NCBI GenBank assembly: GCA_963773065.1
Contig: CAVYZN010000015.1
Location: 1-49,280, forward strand
DNA: 49,280 nt
Source: an uncultured Gammaproteobacteria bacterium
Lineage (GTDB): Bacteria; Pseudomonadota; Gammaproteobacteria; UBA9214
Direction of reading: 5' to 3'
Made by a program: the position numbers and the translations under genes
In this document: positions 21,894 to 33,931 of the stretch, piece after piece
Position numbering within the stretch: the stretch's first letter is position 1
Layout of the letters: each line of letters opens with the position of its first letter
The notes under the pieces: model-generated
What the model was told of the DNA's origin: nothing
Database searches by the model: none
The model's input: the letters and a program-made list of their open reading frames with translations, nothing else

Positions 21894-23783
21894 TCACTTC
21901 CAATCGCCGCGCAACGCGGCCACGCGTTCCTGCAGCCCCGCGGCGCTGACCTCGGCGGCCGGCACCGGCGGGCCGAGCGCCATGGCGATTTTGTAGAACA
22001 GCGGCCTCGGCAGCTTGCCCTTCATCGCCGCCCCGCCCTTGCGGCTGAAAAAGCTTCCCCACAGCCCGCGCAACGCCATCGGGATGACGGGCACGGGATT
22101 GCGCCGGATGATCTGCTCGATCCCCGGGCGGAAGGTTCTCAGTTCGCCGTCGCCGGTGAGCCCGCCTTCGGGGAAGATGCAAACGAGCTCGCCTTCATCC
22201 AGATACCGGGATATCAGGTCGAAGGCGCGCGCGAGCATCTCCGGGTCCTCTTTGGCCGGGGCGATGGGAATGGCCCCGGCGGTGCGGAAAACGAAGTTCA
22301 GCACCGGCACCTTGTAAATCCGGTGATCGATCACGAAGCGGGTGGGACGCCGGACGCAGCCCGCGATCACCAGCGCATCGACGAAGCTCACATGGTTGCA
22401 GACGAGCACCGCGGGCCCCGCCTCCGGAATGTGTTCGAGACCCTCCTTGCGGATGCGATACACGGTGTGGATGAGCAACCACACGATGAAACGCATGAGG
22501 AATTCCGGGACCAGCGTATAGATATACACGGCCACCGCGGCATTCATCACCGCGATCACCAGGAACAGTTGCGGAATGCTGATACCCGAATTGAGGAGCA
22601 CGATCGCCATGACCGCGGAGAACACCATGAACAGGGCGTTGATGATGTTGTTGGCGGCGATGACGCGCGAGCGGTGGCTGGGCTCGCTGCGCTGCTGCAC
22701 CAGCGCATACAGCGGCACGATGTAAAAGCCGCCGAACAGGCCCAGCAGGAGGATATCCAGCAGCACGCGCGCGTGGCCCGGCGAGCGCAGGAAGCCCATG
22801 GCATCCAGCGCGGCTCCGGTGACGTGATTTTCCGAAACGGCCAGAGACAGATCGATGCCGAAAACAGTCAGTCCGATCGAACCGAAGGGCACGAGCCCCA
22901 GTTCCACCTGGCGGCCCGAGAGGCGCTCGCACAATAGCGACCCGGCCCCGATGCCCAGGGAGAAGAGCGTCAGCAGCAGCGTCACGACCTGCTCGTTGCC
23001 TCCCAGGGTCACCTTGGTGAAGTTCGGCAACTGGGCGAGATAGGTCGCGCCGAGCAGCCAGAACCAGGAGATGCCCAGGATGGAGAGGAACACGGTCCGG
23101 TTGGTGCGAGCGAAATCGAGGTTGCGCCAGGTTTCGGTGAACGGGTTCCAGTTAATCCGCAGCTCGGGGGCCGCCGCGGCCGCGGTCGGGATGCCCAGGC
23201 TGCTGAGATAGCCGAGGCAGGCAAGCGCGATGACCGTGACGGACACCATGACGACGCCGTTGCCGGGCAATCCGATCAGCACGCCGCCGGTGAGGGTGCC
23301 GAGCAGGATCGCCAGGAAGGTCCCCATCTCCACCATGCCGTTGCCGCCGACCAGCTCATCTTCCCGGAGATGCTGCGGCAGGATGCCGTATTTCACCGGC
23401 CCGAACAGCGTCGCCTGCGTACCCAGCAGGAACAGCACGCCGATCAGCATCGGGATGCTGCCGAGGTGGAAGGCCGCAACCGCGAAGCTCATGATGGCGA
23501 TCTCCAGCAACTTCACCCGCCGGATGAGCCGGGATTTCTCGTACTTGTCCGCCAGTTGGCCGGCCGTGGCGGAAAACAGGAAAAACGGCAGGATGAACAG
23601 GCCGGCGCTCAGGTTGATCAGCGTATTGGAATCGCCCAGGCCCCGGCCCGCGGCCTGAAAGGCGAGGAGGATGATCAGCGCGTTCTTGTAGACGTTGTCG
23701 TTGAAGGCGCCGAAGAACTGGGTCAGAAAAAACGGGCCGAAACGCCGCTGCCGCAACAGCGAGAACTGGTTGGTTGACGCCAT
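21894..23783 (-). CDS. MFS transporter-acyltransferase fusion (LplT/PlsC-like)
   Basis: TQFFGAFNDN, FGPVKY, NHVSFVD, IFPEG. Confidence 0.92.
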   Translation of the reverse strand: MASTNQFSLLRQRRFGPFFLTQFFGAFNDNVYKNALIILLAFQAAGRGLGDSNTLINLSAGLFILPFFLFSATAGQLADKYEKSRLIRRVKLLEIAIMSFAVAAFHLGSIPMLIGVLFLLGTQATLFGPVKYGILPQHLREDELVGGNGMVEMGTFLAILLGTLTGGVLIGLPGNGVVMVSVTVIALACLGYLSSLGIPTAAAAAPELRINWNPFTETWRNLDFARTNRTVFLSILGISWFWLLGATYLAQLPNFTKVTLGGNEQVVTLLLTLFSLGIGAGSLLCERLSGRQVELGLVPFGSIGLTVFGIDLSLAVSENHVTGAALDAMGFLRSPGHARVLLDILLLGLFGGFYIVPLYALVQQRSEPSHRSRVIAANNIINALFMVFSAVMAIVLLNSGISIPQLFLVIAVMNAAVAVYIYTLVPEFLMRFIVWLLIHTVYRIRKEGLEHIPEAGPAVLVCNHVSFVDALVIAGCVRRPTRFVIDHRIYKVPVLNFVFRTAGAIPIAPAKEDPEMLARAFDLISRYLDEGELVCIFPEGGLTGDGELRTFRPGIEQIIRRNPVPVIPMALRGLWGSFFSRKGGAAMKGKLPRPLFYKIAMALGPPVPAAEVSAAGLQERVAALRGDWK

Positions 23784-23822
23784 GTCACTCGCCTGCTTCC
23801 AGGTCATGGGAGCCCTTACAGG

Positions 23823-24800
23823 CTATTCCATCTTCATGGTATTGACCGGCAGTTTTTTCAGGGTCCACTCCTGCATGGAACCCGCGTAAAGCCTGACGTC
23901 CCTGTTGCCGAGCAGTTCGCTCAGTATGAACCATCCCTCCGATGCCGTCTGGCCGCTGTTGCAATAGGTGATGGCAGCGGCCTCATCGCGGATATGCATG
24001 GCCTGCAGCAACTGCCGCAGTTCATCCACCGGCAGAAATTTCGCGGGCAGCCGCTCGCTGCCCATCAGTTCACCGGGGAACACCCTGGCGCCGGGTATAT
24101 GGCCGTTCGCTTTCACGTTGGTCTTGCTCTGGATACCCAGGTATTCGCCGAGCGAGCGGTTGTCCACCAACTGAGCCGATCCGGTCTTCATCGCCCCCAT
24201 GACATCCGCCGCACTGGCCAGGATCGTGCCACGTTCCGCGGTGGCCTGCCAGTTGCCGGTCGACGGTTCAGCGGCCGTCATGACGATCTTTCTTCCATCG
24301 ACCAGCCATTGGGCGAGGCCGCCGTTCAGGATTCCCATGTTGTCATGCCCGTAATACTTGAGTTCCCAGTACAGGAGTGTGGCCATGGCCAGGTCCTCGT
24401 TACCCTTGCCCTCGGACATGATCACGACGGCGCTGTCCCGGTTGACGCCGGACTTTTGCATCAGTTTCTCGAATTCGGCCTTTTCCGGAATCGGGTGCAT
24501 TACCTTATCGCCCTCGATCTCGCGCGCGGCATGCACATGCTTGTAATTGACCGGCGCCGCCCCCGCGATGTGTCCGCCGGTCTTCTGAAGCTGCCGCTTG
24601 CCGGTTTTCTTGTCCGTTTTGAATACCGGTCCCTCCGTAAAAGTTTTGGTGTCCTTGCGGACATCCAGGATCACGACTTCCCCCTGGTGCTTGTCCAGCC
24701 AATCCGTCTCCACCAGCGGCCCCGGCACCTGGATGGCGTGGACCAGAGTGCTGCAGGACAGCATGAACAGGGTTGCGAGTAATCGTTCAAGTCTTTTCAT
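23823..24800 (-). CDS. Exported tandem rhodanese/sulfurtransferase
   Basis: Signal peptide, LVETDWL, GHIPGA, YCNSG, LYAGSMQEW. Confidence 0.88.
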   Translation of the reverse strand: MKRLERLLATLFMLSCSTLVHAIQVPGPLVETDWLDKHQGEVVILDVRKDTKTFTEGPVFKTDKKTGKRQLQKTGGHIAGAAPVNYKHVHAAREIEGDKVMHPIPEKAEFEKLMQKSGVNRDSAVVIMSEGKGNEDLAMATLLYWELKYYGHDNMGILNGGLAQWLVDGRKIVMTAAEPSTGNWQATAERGTILASAADVMGAMKTGSAQLVDNRSLGEYLGIQSKTNVKANGHIPGARVFPGELMGSERLPAKFLPVDELRQLLQAMHIRDEAAAITYCNSGQTASEGWFILSELLGNRDVRLYAGSMQEWTLKKLPVNTMKME

Positions 24801-24837
24801 CAATTCACTCCTGGTCGATAAATCACCCGGCTTCGTA

Positions 24838-25103
24838 TCTTTCCATAAACATCCGTTTTCACCGCAAAGGCGCAAAGAACGCAAAGGGATTCTTTGACTC
24901 AAACCAGTGCTGTCCCGTTAATTCCCTCTCTCATGGAGCTAACGGGATAGTAGTGAACTGAAACAATAAAAACACTTTGCGAACTTTCGGCAATTGTTCC
25001 CTACATTGCTCTACCTCCTGCAGTCGCTATGGGCATCCTGCCCTCTCGCGACACTTGCACTTCCCTGTGCATCGTCCCTGCAGTCGAGCGTCTTTGCGGT
25101 GAA
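24838..25103. repeat. CACCGCAAAG-type REP-like arms
   Basis: TCACCGCAAAGGCGCAAAG at ~24860 and GCGTCTTTGCGGTGAA at ~25090. Confidence 0.55.
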
Positions 25104-25163
25104 TGGATTTCTTTTCTGCGAGAACCACCCTGATCGAGACGGCACAGGGTTAGGCAGCCCATT

Positions 25164-25186
25164 GTAGGAGCGGGCTTGCCCGCGAA
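25164..25186 (+). repeat. GTAG-family REP
   Basis: GTAGGAGCGGGCTTGCCCGCGAA. Confidence 0.65.
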
Positions 25187-25238
25187 CAAGCCGCTGTCTG
25201 AAATGGCGTGATCGCAAGGAATCCGCGCCTGCCGCGCG

Positions 25239-27149
25239 TCAATTGCCACCCTGCTGCGCCTCCAGTCGTTCGCAGGCCTCCAGCCAGTCCCGTTCGAGAC
25301 CCTCGCACTCCCGGTCGACGTCCGCCTTCTCCCGCAGCACGCCGTTCAGTTCGGTCTTGTTTTCCGGCCGGTAGAGCCTGGGTTCGGCGAGACGCTGTTC
25401 CAGGTCGTGTTGCCGGGCATGCACGCCGGCGAGCGCGGCTTCCGCCGTCGTGATTCTCTGACGCAGCGGCTGCAATTGCCGGCGCTGTTCCGCCTCCTGG
25501 CGCTTTCTTTCCTTGCGCACGGCGGCGCCGCTCGCGGCGTCGGTGTTCGCTGGCGCGGCCCGGCTCTGCCGGTTCTGCTCGCTCAGCCATTGCGGGTAAT
25601 CGTCCAGGCTGTCCGGGAAATCATCCACCCACCCGGCGTGCACCAGCACCAGCCGGTCACAGGTGACGCGCAGCAGATGGCGGTCATGCGATACCAGCAC
25701 CATGGCGCCGGCGAAATCCTGCAGCGCCAGGGCCAGCGCCTGGCGCATTTCCAGGTCCAGGTGGTTGGTGGGCTCATCGAGCAGCAGCAGGTTGGGTCGT
25801 TGATACACCAGCAGCGCCAGCACCAGGCGCGATTTCTCCCCGCCCGAGAACGGACCGGTCGGTGCCAGCGCCTGCTCGGCGGAAAAACCGAAACCGCCGA
25901 GGTAATCGCGCAGCGCCTGCTCGCGCGCCTTCGGGTCGAGCCGCAACAGGTGCTGCAGCGGCGAGCGTTGCGCATCGAGCTGCTCCAGTTGGTGCTGGGC
26001 GAAGTAGCCGATGCGCAGATCCTGCGCGGGCTCGCGTTGGCCCTGCCGCGGCGCCAGCACACCGGCCAGCAGCTTGATCAGGGTGGATTTGCCGGCGCCG
26101 TTGGGACCGAGCAGGCCGATGCGCTCGCCCGGCGACAGGCTGAGGTTCACGCCGCTGATAACGGCCGTCTCGGCGTAGCCGGCGGCGACCGCGCGCAGGC
26201 GCAGCAGCGGATCCGGGATCTTCTCGGGCGGGCGCAGACTGAAATGAAACGGCGAGTCCACATGCGCCGGTGCGATCAGTTCCATGCGCTGCAGGGCCTT
26301 CAGGCGGCTCTGGGCCTGGCGCGCCTTGGATGCCTTGGCGCGGAAACGCTCGACATAGGAATGGATGTGGGCGATCTCGCGTTGCTGCTGCTCGTATTGC
26401 GCCTGCTGGCCGGCCAGGTGTTCCGCGCGCAGGCGCTCGAACGCCGAATAGTTGCCGCTGTAGAGCGTGAGCCGCTGGCGTTCGATGTGCGCGATATGGC
26501 TCGCCACGCTGTCGAGAAAATCACGGTCGTGCGAGATCAGCAGCAGCGTTCCCGCGTAGGCGCGCAGCCAGTTTTCCAGCCAGATCACCGCATCCAGGTC
26601 CAGGTGGTTGGTGGGCTCGTCGAGCAAGAGCAAATCCGAGCGGCACATGAGGGCCTGCGCCAGGTTGAGACGCATGCGCCAGCCGCCCGAGAAATCGCCG
26701 ACCGGGCGGTCTTCGTCGGCGCGGCTGAATCCCAGGCCATGCAGCAACTGCGCGGCGCGGCTGCGCGCCGTGTAGCCGCCGATCACCTCGAACTGCCCGT
26801 GCAGCGCGGCAAGATGTTCACCGTCATGCCGCGTTTCCGCCTCGGCGAGGGCGGCCTCCACGGCGCGCAGGCCGGCATCGCCGTCCAGCACATACTCGAT
26901 GGCCGCGCGCGGGTCGGCCGGCGTCTCCTGCGCCACATGGGCGATCACCCAGTCCGCCGGATACCGGCACGCGCCGCCATCGGCGTGCAGTTCATCCCGG
27001 ATGAGGGCAAACAGGCTCGACTTGCCGGTGCCGTTGGCGCCGGTGACGCCGAGCTTCCAGCCCGGGTGGATCTGCAGGCTGGCGTTCTCGAACAGCAGCC
27101 GTGGACCGCGCCTCAGGGTGAGATTGTCGAATTGCAGCATGGACGCCAT
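25239..27149 (-). CDS. ABC-F family ATPase (YheS-like)
   Basis: Two Walker A motifs, FSGGWRMR, two LDEPTNHLD motifs, C-terminal coiled coil. Confidence 0.93.
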   Translation of the reverse strand: MASMLQFDNLTLRRGPRLLFENASLQIHPGWKLGVTGANGTGKSSLFALIRDELHADGGACRYPADWVIAHVAQETPADPRAAIEYVLDGDAGLRAVEAALAEAETRHDGEHLAALHGQFEVIGGYTARSRAAQLLHGLGFSRADEDRPVGDFSGGWRMRLNLAQALMCRSDLLLLDEPTNHLDLDAVIWLENWLRAYAGTLLLISHDRDFLDSVASHIAHIERQRLTLYSGNYSAFERLRAEHLAGQQAQYEQQQREIAHIHSYVERFRAKASKARQAQSRLKALQRMELIAPAHVDSPFHFSLRPPEKIPDPLLRLRAVAAGYAETAVISGVNLSLSPGERIGLLGPNGAGKSTLIKLLAGVLAPRQGQREPAQDLRIGYFAQHQLEQLDAQRSPLQHLLRLDPKAREQALRDYLGGFGFSAEQALAPTGPFSGGEKSRLVLALLVYQRPNLLLLDEPTNHLDLEMRQALALALQDFAGAMVLVSHDRHLLRVTCDRLVLVHAGWVDDFPDSLDDYPQWLSEQNRQSRAAPANTDAASGAAVRKERKRQEAEQRRQLQPLRQRITTAEAALAGVHARQHDLEQRLAEPRLYRPENKTELNGVLREKADVDRECEGLERDWLEACERLEAQQGGN

Positions 27150-27229
27150 TGTAGCGTCTCGGACGAAAAATGGCTGGCATGACATCACCCCATTTATAAT
27201 GCACGGCCAGAATCCGCACGGCGGTAACC

Positions 27230-28063
27230 ATGACACTGTTCAGCCATCTCCATCCCCGTGGCTTTGTCGCGGCGCTCGCGGCGATCGATGCCGAGGCGCG
27301 CGCCGAGCGCGCCCGGCATCCCGCCGGCGAGCGGCGCGCGGCGGTGGCGCTACTCAGCGTGGCCATCTGCCTGTTGATGATCCATTACCTGAAATTCGAG
27401 ACCAGCTTCGAGGCGGTATTGGCGTGGTTCGGCCGGCAGACGGGCGATGCCGGTTTCCTTAGCGCGGTAAGGTACGGCCGCTACTACGCACTTTACACCG
27501 AACTCTGGTGGGGCGCGGTGCATCTCCTGGGTTATGTGGTGCTTCCCGCGCTGGTGATCCGGTTCATCCTGCGCGAGCGGGTGCGCGACTTCGGCCTGCG
27601 CTGGGGCGACACCGCGCGCTATGCCCGGCTGGTATGTGCTGCTGGCCGCGCCGATCATCGGCTTCGCCTTCCTGGTGAGTCACCGGCAGGACTTCCTCGA
27701 TCACTATCCGTTTTACCGGTTGGCATTTCGCAGCGGCTTCGATCTGCTCGCCTGGGAGGTGATCTACCTGCTGCAGTTCGCCTTCCTGGAGTTTTTTTTC
27801 CGCGGCTTCTTCCTGCACGCCTGCAAGCCGGCCTTCGGCGCCAACGCCGTGTTCGTCATGGTGGTGCCCTACCTGATGATCCATTTCGCCAAGCCCTGGC
27901 TGGAGGCGAGCGGCGCCATCCTCTTCGGCCTGTTTCTGGGGTGCTGGCGCTGCGCTCGCGCTCCATCTGGGGAGGCACGCTGGTGCACATGAGCGTCGCG
28001 CTCAGCATGGATCTGCTGGCGCTGCTGCAGACCGGACACCTCCCGGGGCGCTGGTGGCCGTAA
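27230..28063 (+). CDS. CPBP/CAAX intramembrane protease, two frameshifts (~27620, ~27940)
   Basis: LEFFFRGF, HFAKPWLE, GVLALRSRSIWGGTLVH across frames. Confidence 0.78.
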   Translation: MTLFSHLHPRGFVAALAAIDAEARAERARHPAGERRAAVALLSVAICLLMIHYLKFETSFEAVLAWFGRQTGDAGFLSAVRYGRYYALYTELWWGAVHLLGYVVLPALVIRFILRERVRDFGLRWGDTARYARLVCAAGRADHRLRLPGESPAGLPRSLSVLPVGISQRLRSARLGGDLPAAVRLPGVFFPRLLPARLQAGLRRQRRVRHGGALPDDPFRQALAGGERRHPLRPVSGVLALRSRSIWGGTLVHMSVALSMDLLALLQTGHLPGRWWP

Positions 28064-28813
28064 CGACTCCCGAGGCCGTATCCGCGGCGCATCACCGTTA
28101 CCGGAGCCTGCTCTGGGTGGCGGTGCTGCTGGCCTCGCTGCCTGCCGCGCTGCTGGTGAGCTGGCAGTTGCTGGCGAGCGCCGACTTTCTCTACCCGCTG
28201 TGGTACGACGTGATCGGCATCGACCAGACCATCGCGGAGTACGGACCGAAAAACCGTTACCGCGAACACTTCGAGGATACCACGCGGGAAGAACGCCGCC
28301 GGCTGTTCGCGGCCATCGTCGCGGCGGTTCATGACGGCGGGCAGGGACTGGAGACACTCGCCTACCACGATGCCCGGGGCCAGTGCGGTCGCCCCGCTGC
28401 TGCGGCCCCCGGAAATCACCCACTTGCGCGACGTGTCCCGGCTAGTCGATGGGCTGTATCGCCTCGGCGAGGGCGCCGTCGTGATCTGGATCCTCGCGCT
28501 CGTGTGGCTGCGCCGGTTGCGGTTGCCGCCCCCGCCGCTGGGGCGTTACCTGGCGGGCCTCGGACTTACCGCCGCCGTGCTGGCGCTCGGCGTCATCGCC
28601 GTCGGGACAAAAAAGGTTTTCTATACCGCCCATACCCTCATCTTTCCAACCGGACACCAGTGGTTCTTCTACTACGAGGAGTCCTTGATGACCATGCTCA
28701 TGAAGGCGCCGGATCTCTTCGCCGCCATCGCCGCGGAGTGGCTGCTGCTGACGGCCTTGTGCTACTCGCTGGGCATCTGGCTGTCGCGCCGATTCATCTC
28801 CCGCGCCGGTTGA
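28054..28813 (+). CDS. DUF1461/Lit-like membrane protein, frameshift ~28380
   Basis: EITHLRDV, FYTAHTLIFP..HQWFF....SLMTMLMKAPDLF. Confidence 0.72.
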
Positions 28814-29047
28814 GCGGTAGGAGCGGCCTTGGCGGCAACAAAGCCTCATGCCGGGGAAGTCCTGTAGTGACCGTCGGCCGCAGGGACGATGCACATGGAT
28901 GTACAAGTGTCGCGTGAGGGCAGGATGCCCGGAGCAACTGCGGCCGTCGAGCGTACAGGGACGATTCACCGCGTGTCACGCAAGGATTTACCCGGCATCG
29001 CTACCTATAGAAGGCGAAGTTAGCGTTTAGTAACTACCTTTCGCGTT

Positions 29048-32000
29048 CTACAGCAGCACCCGCTCGATGCCGCCGCTGCGGGCGCGGGCGACGAATTGCG
29101 TTTCCCAGTCCTTGCCGAGCAGGTGGTTGGCGAGTTCCACCACGATGTAGTCGGTTTCAGCCCGGTATCATCGGCATAGCGGGCGAGCCCCTGCTGGCAG
29201 GAGGGACAGGAGGTCAGCAGCTTCACGTTGCCCGCGACGGCGCGCGGTTCGCCCGTCAGCGCCTCGATCCCGGCGGCGAGCTGCTCCTGCTTGCGAAAGC
29301 GCAACTGGGTGGCGATGTCGGGGCGCGACAGGGCGAAGGTGCCGGCCTCGCCGCAGCAGCGGTCGGAGAGCGTCACCGGCTGGCCCATCAGGGTCGAGGC
29401 GACCTGGATCGGATTGTGGGTCTTCATCGGCGTGTGGCAGGGGTCATGGTAGAGGTATTGCACGCCATCCGCGGCATCGAGATGCACCCCCTGCTCCAGC
29501 AGGTACTCATGGATATCCAGCAGGCGGCAGCCCGGGAATATCTTGTCGAACTGGTACTCCAGCAACTGGTCCATGCAGGTCCCGCAGGAAACGATGACGG
29601 TGCGGATGTCGAGGTAGTTGAGGGTGTTGGCGACGCGATGAAACAGCACCCGGTTGTCGGTGGTGATCTGTTGGCCGCGGGCGGCATCGCCGCCGGATTT
29701 CTGCGGATAACCGCAGCACAGGTACCCCGGCGGCAGCACCGTCTGGGCGCCCGCTTCATAGAGCATGGCGAGCGTCGCCAGACCGATCTGGCTGAACAGG
29801 CGCTCCGAACCGCAGCCCGGGAAATAGAACACGGCATCCGAGGCCTCCGACACCTTTTGCGGATCGCGCAGGATCGGCACCAGGCGGCTATCCTCCAGCC
29901 CCAGCAGCGCGCGCATGGTCTGGCGCGGCACGCGCGAGGGCAGCGGTTTCTTCACGAAATGCACGAGCTGGGAACGCACCGTCAGCGGACCGCCGGTCGC
30001 ATCCGGCAAGCCGCCGCCCTGCGCGGGCAGCAGGCGGCGCGCCAGGCGCACCGCGAGCCGCTGGCTCTTGTAGCCCCAGTCGATCATCAGCTTGCGCATC
30101 AGCTTGATGGTCGCGGGGTCGGTGACGTTGAGAAAAGTCATCGCCGCCCAGGTGACCGGGCTGTAGTGCTTATGGCCGCGCTCGCGCAGGAGTTTGCGCA
30201 TGCGCATGGAGACCTCGCCGAAATCGATGTTCACCGGGCAGGGGTTGAGGCATTTGTGACAGACCGTGCAGTGGTCCGCGACGTCGTTCATTTCCTTGAA
30301 ATGTCGCGACGAGACGCCGCGCCGCGTCTGCTCCTCGTAGAGGAAGGCCTCGATGATCAGGCCGGTGGCGAGGATCTTGTTGCGCGGCGAGTACAGCAGG
30401 TTGGCGCGCGGAATGTGCGTATTGCACACCGGTTTGCATTTGCCGCAGCGCAGGCAACTGCGGATGTCGTCGTTGAGCGCGCCGAGTTCGCTCGCCTCCA
30501 GCAGCAGCGCCTCCTGCTGCACCAGGCGCAGCGACGGCGTATAGGCGCTGCCGAGTCCGGAACCGGGCAGCAGCTTGCCGCGGTTGAAATGCCCGTCGGG
30601 GTCGACGTCCCGCTTGTAGCGCTCGAAGGCGGCGATCACCTGCGGGTCCAGGTACTGGAACTTGGTGAGGCCGATGCCGTGCTCGCCCGAGATCACACCG
30701 CCCAGCGAGGTGGCGAGTTTCATCACGCGGGCGACGATCCGGTCCGCCTCGTGCAGCATGCCATAGTCGGAGGAGTTGACCGGGATGTTGGTGTGCACGT
30801 TGCCGTCCCCGGCGTGCATATGGGTGGCGACGAACAGGCGGCTGGTGCGCCGCCCGACATGGATGGCCGCGAGTTTTTCCAGCAAGCGGGCCCACTCATG
30901 CCCGCTGAAAATCTCCGTCAACGGCCGCTCCACCTCCTTGCGGTAGGAGATGCGCAGATCCCGGCGCAGCAGCAGGTCCAGCACCCGGTCACCCGGCTGG
31001 AGCTTCGCCCGCACCGGCGCATCCAGCAGCTCCGCCTGCTCCGCCGCCGGGTCATCCAGGTGTTCGAGCAGTCCCGACCAGCGCGCATGCCGGGACCTGA
31101 GCAGCTCCCGGGCGGCGTCCTGCTTGGCCTGCGCGATGGCCCGGTTCTCCTCGCTGTAGGTAAATTCCCCGTCGCGATGCAGCGCCGCCAGGTCGCCGGA
31201 AATGAATTCCAGCACGGACTCGACGATGGCCAGTTTGTTGCGCGTCGAATACTCGATGTTGATGCGCTCGATGCCGGCGCTGTATTCATCCAGGCGCGAG
31301 AGCGGGATGACCACGTCCTCGTTGACCTTGAAGGCGTTGGTGTGGGCGGCGATCGCCGCGGTGCGCGAGCGTTCCGCCCAGAACTGCCGGCGCGCCTCGG
31401 GACTGACGGCGACGAAGCCCTCGGCGCCGCGCTGGTTGGCCATGCGCACCACCGTCGAGGCGGCGTCGGCGACGGCCGCTTCGTCATCCCCGGCCACATC
31501 GATCAGCAGCACCATCTTGGGCAGGTCGCGCCGCGCCGCCTTGCTGCTGTAATTGACGGCCCGGACATAGCGTTCGTCCATGTGTTCCATGCCGGCCAGC
31601 AGCACATCCGGCCGGGCATCCAGGTAGTGCTTGGTTTCCACGATGGCCGGTACCGCCAGACGCAGGTCGGTGCCGAAAAACTCGAGGCAGAGGGTGCGCG
31701 TGAATTCCGGCATGCGGTGCAGGATGAATTCCGCCGAGGTGATCAGGCCGTCGCAGCCCTCCTTCTGGATGCCCGGGATCCCGGCGAGGAACTTGTCCGT
31801 GACATCCTTGCCGAGACCCGGCTTGCGCAGGGAACGCCCTGGCACGCGGATGATCTGCGGCTCGCGCAGGGGCTGGCCGGGAAGGTTGTGATAGCGGGTC
31901 ACCCGGAATTCGACCTGCTCCTGCTCATGGATCTTGCCCAGGTTGTGATTGAGCCGCTCGACTTCCAGCCAGTCGCCGTCGGGTGCCACCATGCGCCAGG

Positions 32001-32889
32001 AAACCAGATTATCGAGCGCCGTGCCCCACAGCACCGCCTTCTTGCCGCCGGCGTTCATGGAGACGTTGCCGCCGATGGTCGAGGCATCCTGGGAGGTCGG
32101 ATCCACCGCGAACACGTAGCCGTTGCGCTCGGCGCATTCCCCCACCCGCCGCGTCACCACACCGGCGCCGGCGCGCAGCGTCGCCACCGGCCCGTTCACG
32201 CCGGGCAGCTCCTTCACGTGGATTTCACTCAGGGATTCGAGCTTTTCCGTATTGATCACGGCACTGTCGCCGTGCAGCGGCACCGCTCCGCCGTGGTAGC
32301 CGGTCCCGCCGCCGCGCGGAATGATCGTGAGCCCAAGCGCGATGCAGGCCCGCACGATATCGCGGGTCTCCTCTTCCGTGTCCGGGCTGATCACCACGCA
32401 GGGCATCTCCACGCGCCAGTCGGTGGCGTCGGTGGCATGGGAGACGCGCGCCAGGCCGCTGAAGTCGATGTTGTCGCGGCGCGTGATGCGTCCCAGGCGC
32501 TGGCGAATCCGTTTACGCAACTCCCGGGTGCGCGGATACCAGGCGGAAAAATTATCGACGGCCCGACGCGCCGCCGCCGCGAGCCGCAGCGCGTCGGTAT
32601 TGCCCGCGGCGCGGGCGACGACCTGATCGAGGCGATGGTGCATCGCCCCGATCAGCGCCTCCAGGCGTTTTCCGCTCGACAGCAGGTCGTCCTGGATATA
32701 GGGGTTGCGGTCCACCACCCACAGATCGCCCAGCACCTCGAACAGCATGCGCGCCGAACGCCCGGTCACCCGGGAGGCGCGCAGCGTGTTGAGCAGCTCC
32801 CACATCGCCTCCCCGAGGTAGCGGATGACGATTTCCCGGTCGGAAAAGGAGGTGTAGTTATAGGGTATTTCACGGATACGTTCGGACAT
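29048..32889 (-). CDS. DUF3683 FAD-linked oxidase / 4Fe-4S oxidoreductase, frameshift ~29155
   Basis: [44 protein letters not shown] domains; GGIERVLL* end in an alternate frame. Confidence 0.9.
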
Positions 32890-32971
32890 GGCTATGATGG
32901 GTCCTGCTGGACAAACCAAGGATCGTGGTGGCGGTATATTACCACCCCATCATGGATTTAATTCCGTCACG

Positions 32972-33892
32972 TCAGTGTTGATTACCGGTGGCCGGGCGCT
33001 TGGTGCGCGTGACACGGCGGCGGAGCCGGGCAATTCCCCCTGAGGCCATCTGCGCGATGAAGGACAGCGGCGACAGCAGGACCACGATCACTTCGCCCGG
33101 GCGCATCAATTCCGACAGAAACCATTCCCGGTATCTCGAGTGCGTGACGATGTGCTTGAGCTTGGTGTTCTTCTTGTGGCTGACGGCGAAGTTGTCGCTC
33201 CGGCTGATGCTCTGGGTGGCGATCATGGGAAACAGTGCGTAGGTGGCGGGAAGCATCGCGTAGGCCGAATCGAGCGCCTTGCCGATGAGCCGGCGCTTCT
33301 CGATGCCGGGGGTGCCCCAGGGATGCTCGTGCAACCAGCACAGCAGGCGCGGGCTGACGATGTAGGCATGGGCGCAGCCCGAACTGGTGCGCAAAACATT
33401 CGGGCGCACGAAGTAGGCCCACAACGGCCAGTGGCCCAGGAAGAAAATCATCCAGTCCGGCGGCAGCCGCTCGATGGCGCGTCCGATGGCGCGCACGGAG
33501 CGCGGGCTGAGGCGGCGCACGAACTGCACGTCGTCCTCGAAGATCAGCGTGGTTTTATACCCGCGCTCCCTGGCGTGCCCGGCCACCGCGCGGTGCGATT
33601 CCCAACTGCCGATATAGCCGCGTCCCGGATAGCGCAGCGGACGATAGAACAGCACCTTCCGGCACAGGCCCACTTTGTGAAACTGGACGGCGACATTGAT
33701 CACCCGGTCTTCCCGGCTCTGAAGCGAGATGCAATAGACGCCATCGAGGAACGACCAGTCCAGCGCCTCGGCGTCCCCGATGGTGGCGTTGCAGTACGGA
33801 CAGGACGGATCGGTCGGACAGGCGTGAAACACCGGCTCCTCGCGTGCCTGCGTTACGCATTCCGGTTTGACTTGTGCTTTCAGGCTGTTCAT
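32972..33892 (-). CDS. Glycosyltransferase family 25-like protein
   Basis: VYCISL..REDR, GSWESH, LIFEDD, W..FFLG, AHAYIVS. Confidence 0.7.
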   Translation of the reverse strand: MNSLKAQVKPECVTQAREEPVFHACPTDPSCPYCNATIGDAEALDWSFLDGVYCISLQSREDRVINVAVQFHKVGLCRKVLFYRPLRYPGRGYIGSWESHRAVAGHARERGYKTTLIFEDDVQFVRRLSPRSVRAIGRAIERLPPDWMIFFLGHWPLWAYFVRPNVLRTSSGCAHAYIVSPRLLCWLHEHPWGTPGIEKRRLIGKALDSAYAMLPATYALFPMIATQSISRSDNFAVSHKKNTKLKHIVTHSRYREWFLSELMRPGEVIVVLLSPLSFIAQMASGGIARLRRRVTRTKRPATGNQH

Positions 33893-33931
33893 ACCATCAG
33901 TTGGCCAGGTTCCATTCCTAAAGAAACAACA

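Noticed and set aside
18224-32961. Long antisense ORFs (18224-19627, 25407-27182, 29416-32961)
   Set aside because: Shadow frames of GC-rich real genes on the opposite strand
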